A DNA stretch of 64,000 bases from Candidatus Omnitrophota bacterium (GCA_044225175.1 JBGAJA010000003.1:133428-197427), one strand, 5' to 3'; shown: positions 50,242 to 59,952, counted from the first letter of the stretch. Program-made: numbers and translations. The notes: generated from the letters alone by a model not told the origin.

Positions 50242-50742
50242 ATGACCAAAATGAAATCATTAAATGATGTATTTGTCGAAGAATTAAGCGATTTATACAG
50301 TGCTGAACAGCAATTAGTGAAAGCTCTTCCTAAGATGGTAGAAGCTGTCACATCACCGAAGTTAAAAACAACGATCGAGGGGCATTTAGAAGAGACAAGA
50401 AATCAAGTCGCCCGTTTAGAAGACATTTTTGCCACATTAGGATTGAAACCACATGGCATCACATGCAAAGCCATGAAAGGCTTGATTGAGGAAAGTGAAG
50501 AAGTGATCAAAAAGTCCGATAAAGGAGCTGCTCGTGATGCTGCTATTATTGGTGCAGCCCAGCGGGTAGAACATTATGAAATTGCTGGTTATGGGACAGC
50601 TCAGTCGCATGCTTCTTTATTAGGCCAGGGACAAATCAAAGAATTATTGAGTGAAACGTTAGAGGAAGAAAAGGGGGCCAACAGCCATCTTAACGATTTA
50701 GCAGAAGGTTCTATTAATTCATTGGCTATGAATGCAGCCTAA
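50242..50742 (+). CDS. DUF892 ferritin-like stress protein (YciF family), paralog of 13403..13966
   Basis: LYSAEQQLVKALPKMVEAV...VEHYEIAGYGT. Confidence 0.75.
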   Translation: MTKMKSLNDVFVEELSDLYSAEQQLVKALPKMVEAVTSPKLKTTIEGHLEETRNQVARLEDIFATLGLKPHGITCKAMKGLIEESEEVIKKSDKGAARDAAIIGAAQRVEHYEIAGYGTAQSHASLLGQGQIKELLSETLEEEKGANSHLNDLAEGSINSLAMNAA

Positions 50743-50760
50743 CAACGGGGAGAAAGATCT

Positions 50761-51513
50761 ATGAATGTTAGAAAAGCGTTTCCTATTTTGGTAATGATTG
50801 GTTTGATGACGGTGGCAGTTTATGCCATGCCTACTATGGATGATCAAATTGAGTCTTCCTTTAAGAATTCCTATGTATATAGAAATTACCTTAAAGATGA
50901 TTCCATCACAATTAAATCAACTGCCGGGGTCGTTCAATTAAGTGGTCAGGTGGCAGATGAACATCATAATTCTCTGGCAGAAGAAACGGCAGAGGAAATA
51001 ACAGGAGTACAGCGTGTGAATAATCAATTGGTTGTGATCAATAAACATCCTAGTGAAAGTCAGGATGTCTGGATTGCAATGAAAATAAAATCATCACTCT
51101 TGTTTCATCGAAGTGTAAGCGCACTGAGGACTCATGTAGATGTTAACCAGGGAGTTGTTACTTTAACTGGGACAGCAAATAGTCAAGCAGAAAAAGAGCT
51201 TGCTTCTGCTTATACTAAAGATATTGATGGAGTCAAGAGTGTAATCAATGAAATGATGGTTGATGAGAAGTCTCAAAAAGATCAACGTGATTTAGATGAA
51301 AAGGTTGATGACGCATCCATAGTTGCACAAGTCAAAATGACATTGTTGTTTCATAGCTCCACAAGTGCCACTGGTACCAAAGTACAGAGTAAAGATGGGG
51401 TAGTGACCTTGAAAGGTAAAGCCAAGAATCAAGCTGAGAAAGATTTGGTCAGTAAATTGGTTGGTGACATACGAGGTGTTAGATCTGTTAATAATGAAAT
51501 GGATGTTGTTTAA
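50761..51513 (+). CDS. OsmY-like periplasmic protein with three BON domains
   Basis: Signal peptide; three repeats of ...V(N/Q)xGVVTL(T/K)G...VxGV(Q/K/R)xVNN. Confidence 0.75.
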   Translation: MNVRKAFPILVMIGLMTVAVYAMPTMDDQIESSFKNSYVYRNYLKDDSITIKSTAGVVQLSGQVADEHHNSLAEETAEEITGVQRVNNQLVVINKHPSESQDVWIAMKIKSSLLFHRSVSALRTHVDVNQGVVTLTGTANSQAEKELASAYTKDIDGVKSVINEMMVDEKSQKDQRDLDEKVDDASIVAQVKMTLLFHSSTSATGTKVQSKDGVVTLKGKAKNQAEKDLVSKLVGDIRGVRSVNNEMDVV

Positions 51514-51529
51514 AAAATGAGAGGGACAT

Positions 51530-51667
51530 ATGAAAAAATTAATTATGGGAATTATCGCAGGAACTTGTGCAATCTCTTTGATTGGTTGTAATACTATGAA
51601 GGGTGCAGGTCAAGATGTTGAGAACACAGGAAAAAACATCAAACAAACAGTTGAAAAGAACGATTAA
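51530..51667 (+). CDS. entericidin (EcnA/B)-like small lipoprotein (45 aa; not in ORF track)
   Basis: [39 protein letters not shown] matches entericidin pattern ...LTGCNTARGFGEDV..G; RBS GAGGGA. Confidence 0.6.
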   Translation: MKKLIMGIIAGTCAISLIGCNTMKGAGQDVENTGKNIKQTVEKND

Positions 51668-51686
51668 ATTAAATAAGGAGGAGCAT

Positions 51687-51857
51687 ATGCTAAGTTGGTC
51701 AATCAGTTTTATTATCGTAGCAATCGTAGCAGCATTTTTTGGATTTGGGGGGATTGCTGGTACGGCAACCGATATTGCCAAAGCCCTCTTTGTAGCATTT
51801 ATAGTATTATTTTTTGTTTCCTTACTTTTAGGCCGCCGCGTGCCGCCAGCAGTATAG
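51687..51857 (+). CDS. DUF1328 (UPF0391, YtjA-like) small membrane protein
   Basis: [35 protein letters not shown]...; RBS AAGGAGGAG; internal start of ORF 51603..51857. Confidence 0.65.
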   Translation: MLSWSISFIIVAIVAAFFGFGGIAGTATDIAKALFVAFIVLFFVSLLLGRRVPPAV

Positions 51858-51870
51858 AAAGGACAATTCT

Positions 51871-52035
51871 ATGTTGAGATGGGCTTTATTCTTTTTTATC
51901 GTAGCTCTTATTGCTGGTCTACTCGGGTTCACGGGGATTGCAGGAGCTTCCTTAGGTATAGCCAAAGTTTTATTTTTTATATTTTTGGTTCTATGCGTGG
52001 CAGCTCTTGTGCTCGGTATGTTTGTAACTCTCTGA
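51871..52035 (+). CDS. second DUF1328 (UPF0391) small membrane protein (54 aa; not in ORF track frame)
   Basis: [41 protein letters not shown]...; paralog of preceding gene. Confidence 0.6.
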   Translation: MLRWALFFFIVALIAGLLGFTGIAGASLGIAKVLFFIFLVLCVAALVLGMFVTL

Positions 52036-52057
52036 TGAGGCTTTTAAAGGGGGACAT

Positions 52058-52381
52058 ATGAATGAACCTATTGAAAAAACAACAGAGACGAGCCGATTCG
52101 TCAGTGAAGGAAACCCGAATACTGACAAAATTGTTGAGACAGTGCGTTCTTTGACTCCGGAAGATCAGAAAATGATCGGTGACGTGCAGGAAGCCATCCG
52201 AAAAGAACACTCTATTGCGGATGGCTCACGTCACATTCAAGTCACGGCCCACGCAAGCATTGTCACTCTAAATGGAAATGTATTATCCGAAAAGGATAAG
52301 ATGACCATAGGTGACAAAGCCGCGGCCGTGGCTGGTTTTGGTCATGTTAAAAACGAACTGAAAGTGGTGGAGAGCCCATGA
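52058..52381 (+). CDS. single BON-domain protein
   Basis: HIQVTAHASIVTLNGNV...GFGHVKNELKV. Confidence 0.6.
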   Translation: MNEPIEKTTETSRFVSEGNPNTDKIVETVRSLTPEDQKMIGDVQEAIRKEHSIADGSRHIQVTAHASIVTLNGNVLSEKDKMTIGDKAAAVAGFGHVKNELKVVESP

Positions 52382-54642
52382 TAGATAAATTCTGGGGATT
52401 TATTTTGACGCGCCTGGCTAAAGCGCAAGGATTTTTGGATCCCCGTGTGGTCTTCTCCCAATTACAAAAATTTTCTCGCCCTTCTGAAGTATGGGTTCCG
52501 GCGGAACTTTTGCGTTCAGGTATGGTGTTACAGGCGCGAGGTTTGATTAATAGCCAAGCTATCCAACATAATCTCGACTGGATATGGCCATTTTGGGTAA
52601 ACCGTCAATTCGATCCTAAAGATGTCGCCTTCATCCCTCGAGCATTTAATATTACTCATATCAATTTAAGTCATCGTAATTGGACTGCAGTTGGTGTTCC
52701 CGATTGCTCAGATTATGTACTTGTCGATCCTCGAGGATTAGTGACGCCTTTGTTTGATGGATGGTCTTTAGATGCATGGATTATAAGAAATAATGAGGGG
52801 ACAAATTTAATTCCTGCTCGATTAGATCATGTTTATCACCAAATTCGCTTAGATAGGAATTTACAAATTATAACTTTCTCGACTTTAGATGGGATGTCAT
52901 TACGAGCCTGTGTTGAGGTCAATATTGATTCTTCTATTCCTACATGTAAGATCATCTATGAGGCCCAAGCTCCTTTTAGCGCATCATTATTTATTTGTAT
53001 AAGACCTTATAACCCTGAAGGAGTCAGTTTTATTAACAGCATCGAACGATTGCTCAAGGAAGAAGGATGGCATATTAATAATCAAATAGATGTGACTTTG
53101 AAGAGTGAACCATGGGGTTACATTTTTTCTAATTACCAATTAGGAGATATTCTTACTCAATTTTCTTCGTCATCTTTAAATGAAATTCCCCATGAACAAA
53201 TGAAAGTCAATTGCTCTGTTGGTATGGCTACCTCAGCTGCAATTTATAAGTTATTACCTCATCGTTCCCAAGAAGTGACTGTTGAAATTCCTTTGGCAAA
53301 AGAACCAATCAAGCTTACATCAACCTGGTCAGATCATCTGCAAGGTAGTTGTGTATTAAGAATTCCTGATAAGTTTCTTCAATCACTTTACGAGACGGCA
53401 TTAATTACTCTTATTTTGCATACTCCAGGTGATGTTTACCCAGGGCCTTATACATATAAACGATTTTGGTTTAGGGATGCATCTTTTATCTTGTATGCAA
53501 TGCTGGCATCTAATTTAACTAGGAATGTGGAGAAAATACTTCTGTCTTACCCTAAACGACAGACACCGCTTGGCTATTTTAAATCTCAAGATGGAGAATG
53601 GGATTCCAATGGTCAGGCGCTTTGGATTATGGAACGTTATTGCTCCATGACAGGAAAATCCGTGCCTGACGAATTATTAAAGAGTATTGAGATGGGAGTT
53701 GAGTGGATTAAAAGTAAACGTGTTAAAACAGGAAAATCTTCGGGGCATGAAGGTCTTCTTCCTGCTGGATTTAGCGCAGAACATTTTGGGCCTAGTGATT
53801 TTTATTATTGGGACGATTTTTGGTCAGTCTCCGGATTGCATGCAGCAGCCTTATTATTAAAGGAAAAGAATTGGGAATTGGCCAATAGCATTGAAAATGA
53901 AGCATTTGATTTAAGAAATGCGATTGAAACGAGTCTCAAAGGAGTAGAAGCCCATCTTGAAGAAGATGGTATTCCTGCCTCACCTTATCGAAGAATGGAT
54001 CCTGGTGCCATTGGTTCTCTAATAGCCAGTTACCCTTTACAGTTTTATGCTCCTGATAATAAGCATATTAAGGCTACAGTAGAGTATTTGATCAAAAATC
54101 ATCTATATAATGGTGCTTATTACCACGAAATGAGCCATTCCGGCATTAATGTGTATTTGACTTTACATATTGCTCAAGTCTTGCTTCGTGCTGGAGATCC
54201 CCGTTTCTTTGACATGGTTCAGAAAGTGGCAGAACTAGCCACTCCTACAGGCCAATGGCCTGAAGCTATTCATCCTCAAAGCAAAGGCGGTTGTATGGGG
54301 GATGGACAGCATGTTTGGGCTGCAGCTGAATGGGTCATGATGCTGCGTAATATGTTTGTTCGTGAGGAAGAAAAAGAAAAGACACTGATCTTATGTTCAG
54401 GCATTCCCCATACGTGGCTTGAAAAAGATCAGCATTTATTCTTTGGACCAACGCTGACTGTCTTTGGTGATATTTCTGTGACTATTGAATGTAAAGAAAG
54501 TATAAAAATTTCATGGAAAGCTAATTGGCACAACAAAGCTCCTAGAATAGAAGTGCATTTGCCTGGATTTTCAGTAATACCTATTGAAAATGGAATAACG
54601 ACAGTTGAAATTAACACGCAACAACAAGAGAGTCATTCATGA
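52378..54642 (+). CDS. (alpha/alpha)6-barrel glycoside-hydrolase-like protein (GDE_C/GH63/GH15-like) with N-terminal beta-rich domain
   Basis: 754 aa; C-terminal half has GH15/GH63-like segments (GQALWIMERYC, FYYWDDFWSVSGL, QWPEAIHPQSKGG); ATGA coupling with downstream GT4. Confidence 0.4.
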   Translation: MIDKFWGFILTRLAKAQGFLDPRVVFSQLQKFSRPSEVWVPAELLRSGMVLQARGLINSQAIQHNLDWIWPFWVNRQFDPKDVAFIPRAFNITHINLSHRNWTAVGVPDCSDYVLVDPRGLVTPLFDGWSLDAWIIRNNEGTNLIPARLDHVYHQIRLDRNLQIITFSTLDGMSLRACVEVNIDSSIPTCKIIYEAQAPFSASLFICIRPYNPEGVSFINSIERLLKEEGWHINNQIDVTLKSEPWGYIFSNYQLGDILTQFSSSSLNEIPHEQMKVNCSVGMATSAAIYKLLPHRSQEVTVEIPLAKEPIKLTSTWSDHLQGSCVLRIPDKFLQSLYETALITLILHTPGDVYPGPYTYKRFWFRDASFILYAMLASNLTRNVEKILLSYPKRQTPLGYFKSQDGEWDSNGQALWIMERYCSMTGKSVPDELLKSIEMGVEWIKSKRVKTGKSSGHEGLLPAGFSAEHFGPSDFYYWDDFWSVSGLHAAALLLKEKNWELANSIENEAFDLRNAIETSLKGVEAHLEEDGIPASPYRRMDPGAIGSLIASYPLQFYAPDNKHIKATVEYLIKNHLYNGAYYHEMSHSGINVYLTLHIAQVLLRAGDPRFFDMVQKVAELATPTGQWPEAIHPQSKGGCMGDGQHVWAAAEWVMMLRNMFVREEEKEKTLILCSGIPHTWLEKDQHLFFGPTLTVFGDISVTIECKESIKISWKANWHNKAPRIEVHLPGFSVIPIENGITTVEINTQQQESHS

Positions 54643-55934
54643 ATATCTTAATGGTAACCAATACATACAAACCTCTCTTGGGTGGTCTTGAGAAATCCGT
54701 AGAGTCTTTTGCCACAGAATTTCGAAAACGTGGACATCGTGTCATTATTGTTGTTCCTGAGTATGAGGGAATGGTCCCAGAGGAAGATGTTGTAAGAATT
54801 CCAGCTTTTAAAAATTTTAATGGAACTGATTTTTCGATTCAATTGCCTATTCCGGGTGTTTTAAGTGAAATGTTGGAAAATTTTAAACCAGACATTGTGC
54901 ATTCCCAGCATCCATTCTTGGTGGGGGATACGGCTTTAAAAATCGCTTCAAAATTTAATATTCCTCTGGTGTTTACTCATCATTCTCTTTACGAAGAAAA
55001 TGTTCATTACATTCCAGGAAATGAGAAAGCTTTGAAACAATTTGTTATTGAATTGTCAACGGGGTATGCCAATCTTGCAGATCAAGTCTTCGCTCCTAGT
55101 CAGAGTGTGGAGAAGTTGATTAAAGAAAGAGGGGTTGAAAGTCCTATTGCTGTTGTTCCGACGGGGATATACGTAAAACAATTTACTAGGGGTGCTGGGA
55201 AATCTTTTCGCAAGAAACATAACATCCCCGCAGATGCTTTTGTGGTTGGCCATTTGGGAAGGCTTGCTCCAGAGAAGAACTTAGAATTTGTGTCTAAAGC
55301 TGTTTTTCAATTTTTGAAGACGAATCCCAAAGCTCACTTTATGATTGCAGGAAAAGGTCCTTTAGAGGAAACCATTCAAAAACTTGCCATTGATGAGGCA
55401 GTACAAGATCGTTTGCATATGGTTGGAATATTAGCAGGTAAAGATAAGGTGGATGGTTATCATGCCATGGATGTGTTTGCATTTGCTTCTCAAAGTGAGA
55501 CGCAAGGCTTGGTCTTAACGGAAGCCTTAGCTTGCAAAGTTCCTATTGTCGCGATTGATGCTCCAGGAGTCAGAGAAGTCTTGACGGATCAAGTTAATGG
55601 TCGTTTACTCGCTCAAGAGAATATTGAGGAATTTGTCGCTGCACTTAAATGGGTCAGTGAACTTTCAGCGGCAGACTTAGCAAAAGTAAGAAAGGAATGC
55701 CGCCGCATAGCTCTAACTTTTTCTATGGATTTAATGGTAGAAAGAGCTCTGTCTCACTATTCTTCACTTGCTGTTCGTCATGGTTTTATTCGCCGCCCTA
55801 GTGAAGAAAGCAGGTGGGCACAAACACTGCGTATGATGCAAACACAAGGAAATTTAGTTAAGAATTTGACTAAAGCAGCAAGTGTACTCATTTCGAACAC
55901 TTTGCAGAAAGAGAGTCCAAGTGAAAGCGTCTGA
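54639..55934 (+). CDS. GT4-family (group 1) glycosyltransferase
   Basis: N-terminal GGLEKSV..., C-terminal E-x7-E region SETQGLVLTEALACKVPIVAIDAPGVREVL. Confidence 0.8.
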   Translation: MNILMVTNTYKPLLGGLEKSVESFATEFRKRGHRVIIVVPEYEGMVPEEDVVRIPAFKNFNGTDFSIQLPIPGVLSEMLENFKPDIVHSQHPFLVGDTALKIASKFNIPLVFTHHSLYEENVHYIPGNEKALKQFVIELSTGYANLADQVFAPSQSVEKLIKERGVESPIAVVPTGIYVKQFTRGAGKSFRKKHNIPADAFVVGHLGRLAPEKNLEFVSKAVFQFLKTNPKAHFMIAGKGPLEETIQKLAIDEAVQDRLHMVGILAGKDKVDGYHAMDVFAFASQSETQGLVLTEALACKVPIVAIDAPGVREVLTDQVNGRLLAQENIEEFVAALKWVSELSAADLAKVRKECRRIALTFSMDLMVERALSHYSSLAVRHGFIRRPSEESRWAQTLRMMQTQGNLVKNLTKAASVLISNTLQKESPSESV

Positions 55935-57561
55935 TCTATTTGTGAAATGTTTAGAAAATGAAGGAGTTAAATATATCTTTGGAATTCCTGGTGAAGAGAC
56001 TGAGGACATTTTATTTTCTTTGGAGAAATCTAAGATCAAATTTATCCCTACTCGTCATGAACAGGGTGCTTCTTTTATGGCTGATGTATGGGGAAGAGTT
56101 TCTGGACAGGCAGGAGTGTGTCTTTCAACCTTGGGTCCTGGTGCGACCAATTTGGTGACGGGAGTGGCTGATGCTAATTCAGACAAAAGCCCTGTCGTAG
56201 CAATTTCGGCACAAGCGGGATTGACGCGTCTTTATAAGGAAAGCCATCAGTATTTAAATTTATTTGAATTATTTCGTCCAATCACAAAATGGAACACCAC
56301 CATCGCAAGTCCTCATGTCATTCCTGAAGTTGTCAGAAAAGCATTTAAAATGGCTGAAAGCGAAAAACCTGGAGCAACGCATATCGAATTTCCTGAAGAT
56401 ATTGCAGGACAAGAGACGGAAGGAAAGCCTATTGCTGCAATTCGGGTGCGAAGGCCTGATCCAGATACCCAGGCAGTTTCAGATGCGATTGATATTCTTA
56501 AGAAGGCCAAATGCCCTCTGATTATTGCTGGAAATGGGGCTGTTCGCAAACCTTGTTCCGAGCAAATGATTGCTTTTGCTAAGAACTATAATATTCCTGT
56601 GGTCCATACATTTATGGGCAAGGGGACATTATTGGATAGTATGCCCCAATCCTTATTTACTTTTGGATTTGGTTTTCGAGATATTGTAATGGATGCGATT
56701 GATCAAGCAGATGTCGTCTTAGCTATCGGCTACGACATTGCCGAATATGCTCCTGATAAATGGAATCCTAATAAAAGCAAAAAGATTATCCATATCGATT
56801 TTCTTCCATCTGAAGTCTATGCGCATTATCAACCTGTTGTGGAAATTGTGGCAGATATTGCTGCCACATTGAAAGATTTGAATCATAAATTTTCTTCAGA
56901 AGGAAAGCATTTCGATGACAATTGGTATATACCCGTACGTCAGAGAATCATTAAGGATATTGCAGGGTATGACCCAAAGAAAGGTTCTTTTACAGTTCCT
57001 GGAGTATTAAATATTCTCAATGAAGTTATGCAAAGAGACGATCTTCTAATTAGTGATGTAGGAACTCATAAAATATGGATCGCTAGAAATTTTTCTGCCA
57101 CTTGTCCTAATGGCTGCATTATTTCCAATGGTTTAGCTAGTATGGGAATTGCTTTGCCAGGTGCAATTGCAGCTTCTCTTCATAATCCTGAGCGTCGAAT
57201 CGTTGCTGTCATGGGAGACGGCGGTTTTCTTATGAATTCTCAGGAATTAGAGACAGCAAAACGCTTGAATGTCGGCTTTATTGCTATTGTATTTAATGAT
57301 AATGATTATGGATTAATTAGCTGGAAACAACAGATGAGTAAAGGACGGACGACAGGAACTAAAATCACCAATCCTGATTTCAAAATGTACGCCCAAAGTT
57401 TTGGTATCAAATCTTATATTCCAAAGAGCGCTAGTGAATTTAAGAAACAAATATTAAATTCTTTGAAAAAAAGAGAACTATGTATTTACGAAATCCCAGT
57501 GAATCCGAGAGTTAATAATGAGTTAATTACCAAGCTTAATGCGATGAAGAGGGGGAGATAA
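55921..57561 (+). CDS. thiamine-diphosphate enzyme of the acetolactate synthase / pyruvate oxidase family (GTG start proposed; ATG 55882 alternative)
   Basis: N-terminal Pyr domain (GIPGEE...HEQGASFMADVWGR), central domain, C-terminal TPP-binding GDGGF...NDNDYG motif. Confidence 0.8.
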   Translation: MKASDLFVKCLENEGVKYIFGIPGEETEDILFSLEKSKIKFIPTRHEQGASFMADVWGRVSGQAGVCLSTLGPGATNLVTGVADANSDKSPVVAISAQAGLTRLYKESHQYLNLFELFRPITKWNTTIASPHVIPEVVRKAFKMAESEKPGATHIEFPEDIAGQETEGKPIAAIRVRRPDPDTQAVSDAIDILKKAKCPLIIAGNGAVRKPCSEQMIAFAKNYNIPVVHTFMGKGTLLDSMPQSLFTFGFGFRDIVMDAIDQADVVLAIGYDIAEYAPDKWNPNKSKKIIHIDFLPSEVYAHYQPVVEIVADIAATLKDLNHKFSSEGKHFDDNWYIPVRQRIIKDIAGYDPKKGSFTVPGVLNILNEVMQRDDLLISDVGTHKIWIARNFSATCPNGCIISNGLASMGIALPGAIAASLHNPERRIVAVMGDGGFLMNSQELETAKRLNVGFIAIVFNDNDYGLISWKQQMSKGRTTGTKITNPDFKMYAQSFGIKSYIPKSASEFKKQILNSLKKRELCIYEIPVNPRVNNELITKLNAMKRGR

Positions 57562-57562
57562 T

Positions 57563-58933
57563 ATGAAGTCTATTGATCCAACAACTGGGCAGGTCATTAA
57601 AACATACCAAGAGCATTCGCTGGAAGAGTGTATCAATATTGTTCATCAAGCAGAATATGCTTTTCAATCATGGAGAAGGCTTTCTTTAGAAGAACGTTCA
57701 GAGAAAATGAGGCAAATGGCGGTCTTTCTACGACGAGACAAAGGGTTCTTTGCAGGGTTGATGGCTCAAGAAATGGGTAAGCCTTTAAAGCAGGGTGAAG
57801 GTGAGATTGAAAAGTGTGCCTGGGTCTGTGAATATTTTGCTGATGAAGCAAAGAATTATTTGGCAGATGAAATAGTTAAAACAGATGCGAAGCAAAGTTA
57901 TATTCATTATGAACCATTGGGAGTCATTTTGGCTGTGATGCCATGGAATTTTCCTTTTTGGCAGGTTTTTCGTTGCGCTGCACCAATATTAATGGCAGGA
58001 AATTCCATTGTGCTTAAGCATGCCTCTAATGTGTGCGGTTCAGCTCTTGCTATTGAGAATCTTTTTAAGTTAGGCGGATTTCCTGATGGACTTCTGCGCA
58101 GTGTATTTATCAATAATGAAAAGGTGCAGAAGGTCATTGAGGAGCCTTTGATTAGAGCTATTACAGTTACAGGAAGTCTAGGCGCAGGGCAAGCAGTTGC
58201 ATCAAAAGCAGGGGCGATGGTTAAGAAATGCGTGTTGGAGTTAGGAGGAAGCGATCCTTATATTATTTTAGAAGATGCTAATTTAAAGGAAGCAGCAGAA
58301 ACGTGTGCTTCATCTCGTATGATCAATGCAGGACAAAGTTGTGTGTCTGCTAAACGTTTCATAGTAGTTAAGTCCGTTCAGGAAGAGTTTACAAATTTAT
58401 TTATTGCGAATATACGCAAGCAAAAGATGGGGGCTCCTATGCAGGAAGGAGTCACCTTAGGACCTTTGGCGCGTCACGATCTAAGGGATCAGCTTCATAA
58501 ACAAGTTCAAGAATCAATTAAGAAAGGTGCACGTCTTTTATTGGGAGGGGAAATACCAGAGGGGCCGGGGGCTTTCTATCCTCCAACTGTCTTAACTGAT
58601 GTTGCTTTTGATATGCCAGCTTATCACGAAGAGCTTTTTGGACCTGTGGCTTCCATCATTTCAGCATTAGATGAACAAGATGCGCTGCGTCTTGCTAATG
58701 ATTCTGTGTTTGGGCTTGGAAGTGCTGTTTTTACGAGTGATCTTAAGAGGGGGCAGCACTTGGCAGTAGAATTGCAAGCGGGGTGCTGTTTTGTCAATGA
58801 ATCTGTTAAATCGGATCCGCGTCTTCCTTTTGGGGGGATTAAACAATCAGGGTATGGACGAGAACTATCTGCATTTGGGATAAGGGAATTCGTCAATGTT
58901 AAAACTGTTTATATCGGGGAGGCTTCAAAATGA
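57563..58933 (+). CDS. NAD(P)+-dependent aldehyde dehydrogenase (succinate-semialdehyde DH-like)
   Basis: ELGGSDP (catalytic Glu), NAGQSCVSAKR (catalytic Cys), GSLGAGQAV. Confidence 0.85.
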   Translation: MKSIDPTTGQVIKTYQEHSLEECINIVHQAEYAFQSWRRLSLEERSEKMRQMAVFLRRDKGFFAGLMAQEMGKPLKQGEGEIEKCAWVCEYFADEAKNYLADEIVKTDAKQSYIHYEPLGVILAVMPWNFPFWQVFRCAAPILMAGNSIVLKHASNVCGSALAIENLFKLGGFPDGLLRSVFINNEKVQKVIEEPLIRAITVTGSLGAGQAVASKAGAMVKKCVLELGGSDPYIILEDANLKEAAETCASSRMINAGQSCVSAKRFIVVKSVQEEFTNLFIANIRKQKMGAPMQEGVTLGPLARHDLRDQLHKQVQESIKKGARLLLGGEIPEGPGAFYPPTVLTDVAFDMPAYHEELFGPVASIISALDEQDALRLANDSVFGLGSAVFTSDLKRGQHLAVELQAGCCFVNESVKSDPRLPFGGIKQSGYGRELSAFGIREFVNVKTVYIGEASK

Positions 58934-59247
58934 AAAATATACAAAGAAATCGTAGTTTTAGGTTGTTTCTATTAATGGTGCTTGTGTTTAGTTTTACTAC
59001 AATTCAATTATTTTCAGGCTGTGCTCATACACAAAAGACAACCACAACTGAGACAACCGTAACAACAGATCATCCAGATACATATTCAGACCAATCGACT
59101 ACAACGACAACAGATACCACTCAGAGTAATACAGAAGTCAAAGACGAACCACGAGGTGTTGTTGGTAGCCTATTTCACTTCATTGGTTCTGTGATTGCAT
59201 TTCCATTTAGAGTCATAGGTGGTGCTCTCAAAGGGCTATTTGGTTAA
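58930..59247 (+). CDS. small secreted/lipoprotein, Thr-rich with C-terminal glycine-zipper helix
   Basis: Signal/lipobox LFSGCA; TTTETTVTTD...TTTTTD; GVVGSLFHFIGSVIAFPFRVIGGALKGLFG. Confidence 0.5.
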   Translation: MKNIQRNRSFRLFLLMVLVFSFTTIQLFSGCAHTQKTTTTETTVTTDHPDTYSDQSTTTTTDTTQSNTEVKDEPRGVVGSLFHFIGSVIAFPFRVIGGALKGLFG

Positions 59248-59266
59248 AATGACCTTATAAATGTGC

Positions 59267-59289
59267 AAAAAGGTGTCAGACACCTTTTT
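59267..59289 (+). repeat. palindrome AAAAAGGTGTCAGACACCTTTTT (bidirectional-terminator-like), copy 1
   Basis: Perfect palindrome; near-identical copy at 59930..59952. Confidence 0.7.
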
Positions 59290-59322
59290 AAATATAAACA
59301 TCATTAAGTGTGTGGGGGAAAT

Positions 59323-59895
59323 ATGGGCGTTAAAATATTGGCTTTTGCAGGCAGTGTTAGACAAGAGTCTTTTAATAGGAAATTGATTAAAATAGCAGTT
59401 CAAGAGGCTTCTAAGGCAGGCGCTCAAGTGACATTAATTGAGCTGCGGGATTATTCTCTGCCTTTATTTGATCAAGATTTGGAAGCCTCCGGCGGTTTGC
59501 CTGCGAACGCAAAGAAATTAAAAGAGTTATTTAAGAGTCATGATGGCTTATTATTCTCGTGCCCAGAATATAATAGTTCCATAACACCTTTATTTAAAAA
59601 CACCATTGACTGGGTCTCCCGCAAAGAGGGGAATGAAGAATCCCTTGCGGCTTTTACCGGTAAAACCGCGGCCTTACTTAGCGCCTCCCCCGGCGCTTTG
59701 GGAGGCCTGCGGGGCCTTGTTCATGTGCGTTCCATGCTAAGCAATATAGGTGTGATTGTGATGCCTAACCAGGCTGCAGTCAGCAAGGCCGGAGAAGCAT
59801 TTAATAGCGATGGAACCCTTAAAGACCCAAAACAACTAGATGCAGTTACTAAAGTTGTCCAAGATCTAGTTAAAGCTACCGAGAAATTGAAGTAG
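59323..59895 (+). CDS. NAD(P)H-dependent FMN reductase (flavodoxin-like fold)
   Basis: MGVKILAFAGSVRQESFNRKL...; start at in-frame ATG 59323. Confidence 0.75.
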   Translation: MGVKILAFAGSVRQESFNRKLIKIAVQEASKAGAQVTLIELRDYSLPLFDQDLEASGGLPANAKKLKELFKSHDGLLFSCPEYNSSITPLFKNTIDWVSRKEGNEESLAAFTGKTAALLSASPGALGGLRGLVHVRSMLSNIGVIVMPNQAAVSKAGEAFNSDGTLKDPKQLDAVTKVVQDLVKATEKLK

Positions 59896-59919
59896 AGACA
59901 GGTTTTGACGTGTCTCTAC
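59892..59919 (+). repeat. GTAGAGAC-family hairpin repeat (copy 3), overlapping stop codon
   Basis: GTAGAGACA ggttttgacg TGTCTCTAC. Confidence 0.55.
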
Positions 59920-59929
59920 AGTAATAGTT

Positions 59930-59952
59930 AAAAAGGTGTCTGACACCTTTTT
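59930..59952 (+). repeat. palindrome AAAAAGGTGTCTGACACCTTTTT, copy 2
   Basis: Differs from copy 1 only at the central base. Confidence 0.7.

Noticed and set aside
51539-52061. ORF-track frames 51539..51781 (-) and 51879..52061 (+)
   Set aside because: Alternative + strand frames encode strongly family-like small proteins (entericidin-like, DUF1328 x2) with good RBSs. The listed frames are antisense or out of phase and low-complexity.
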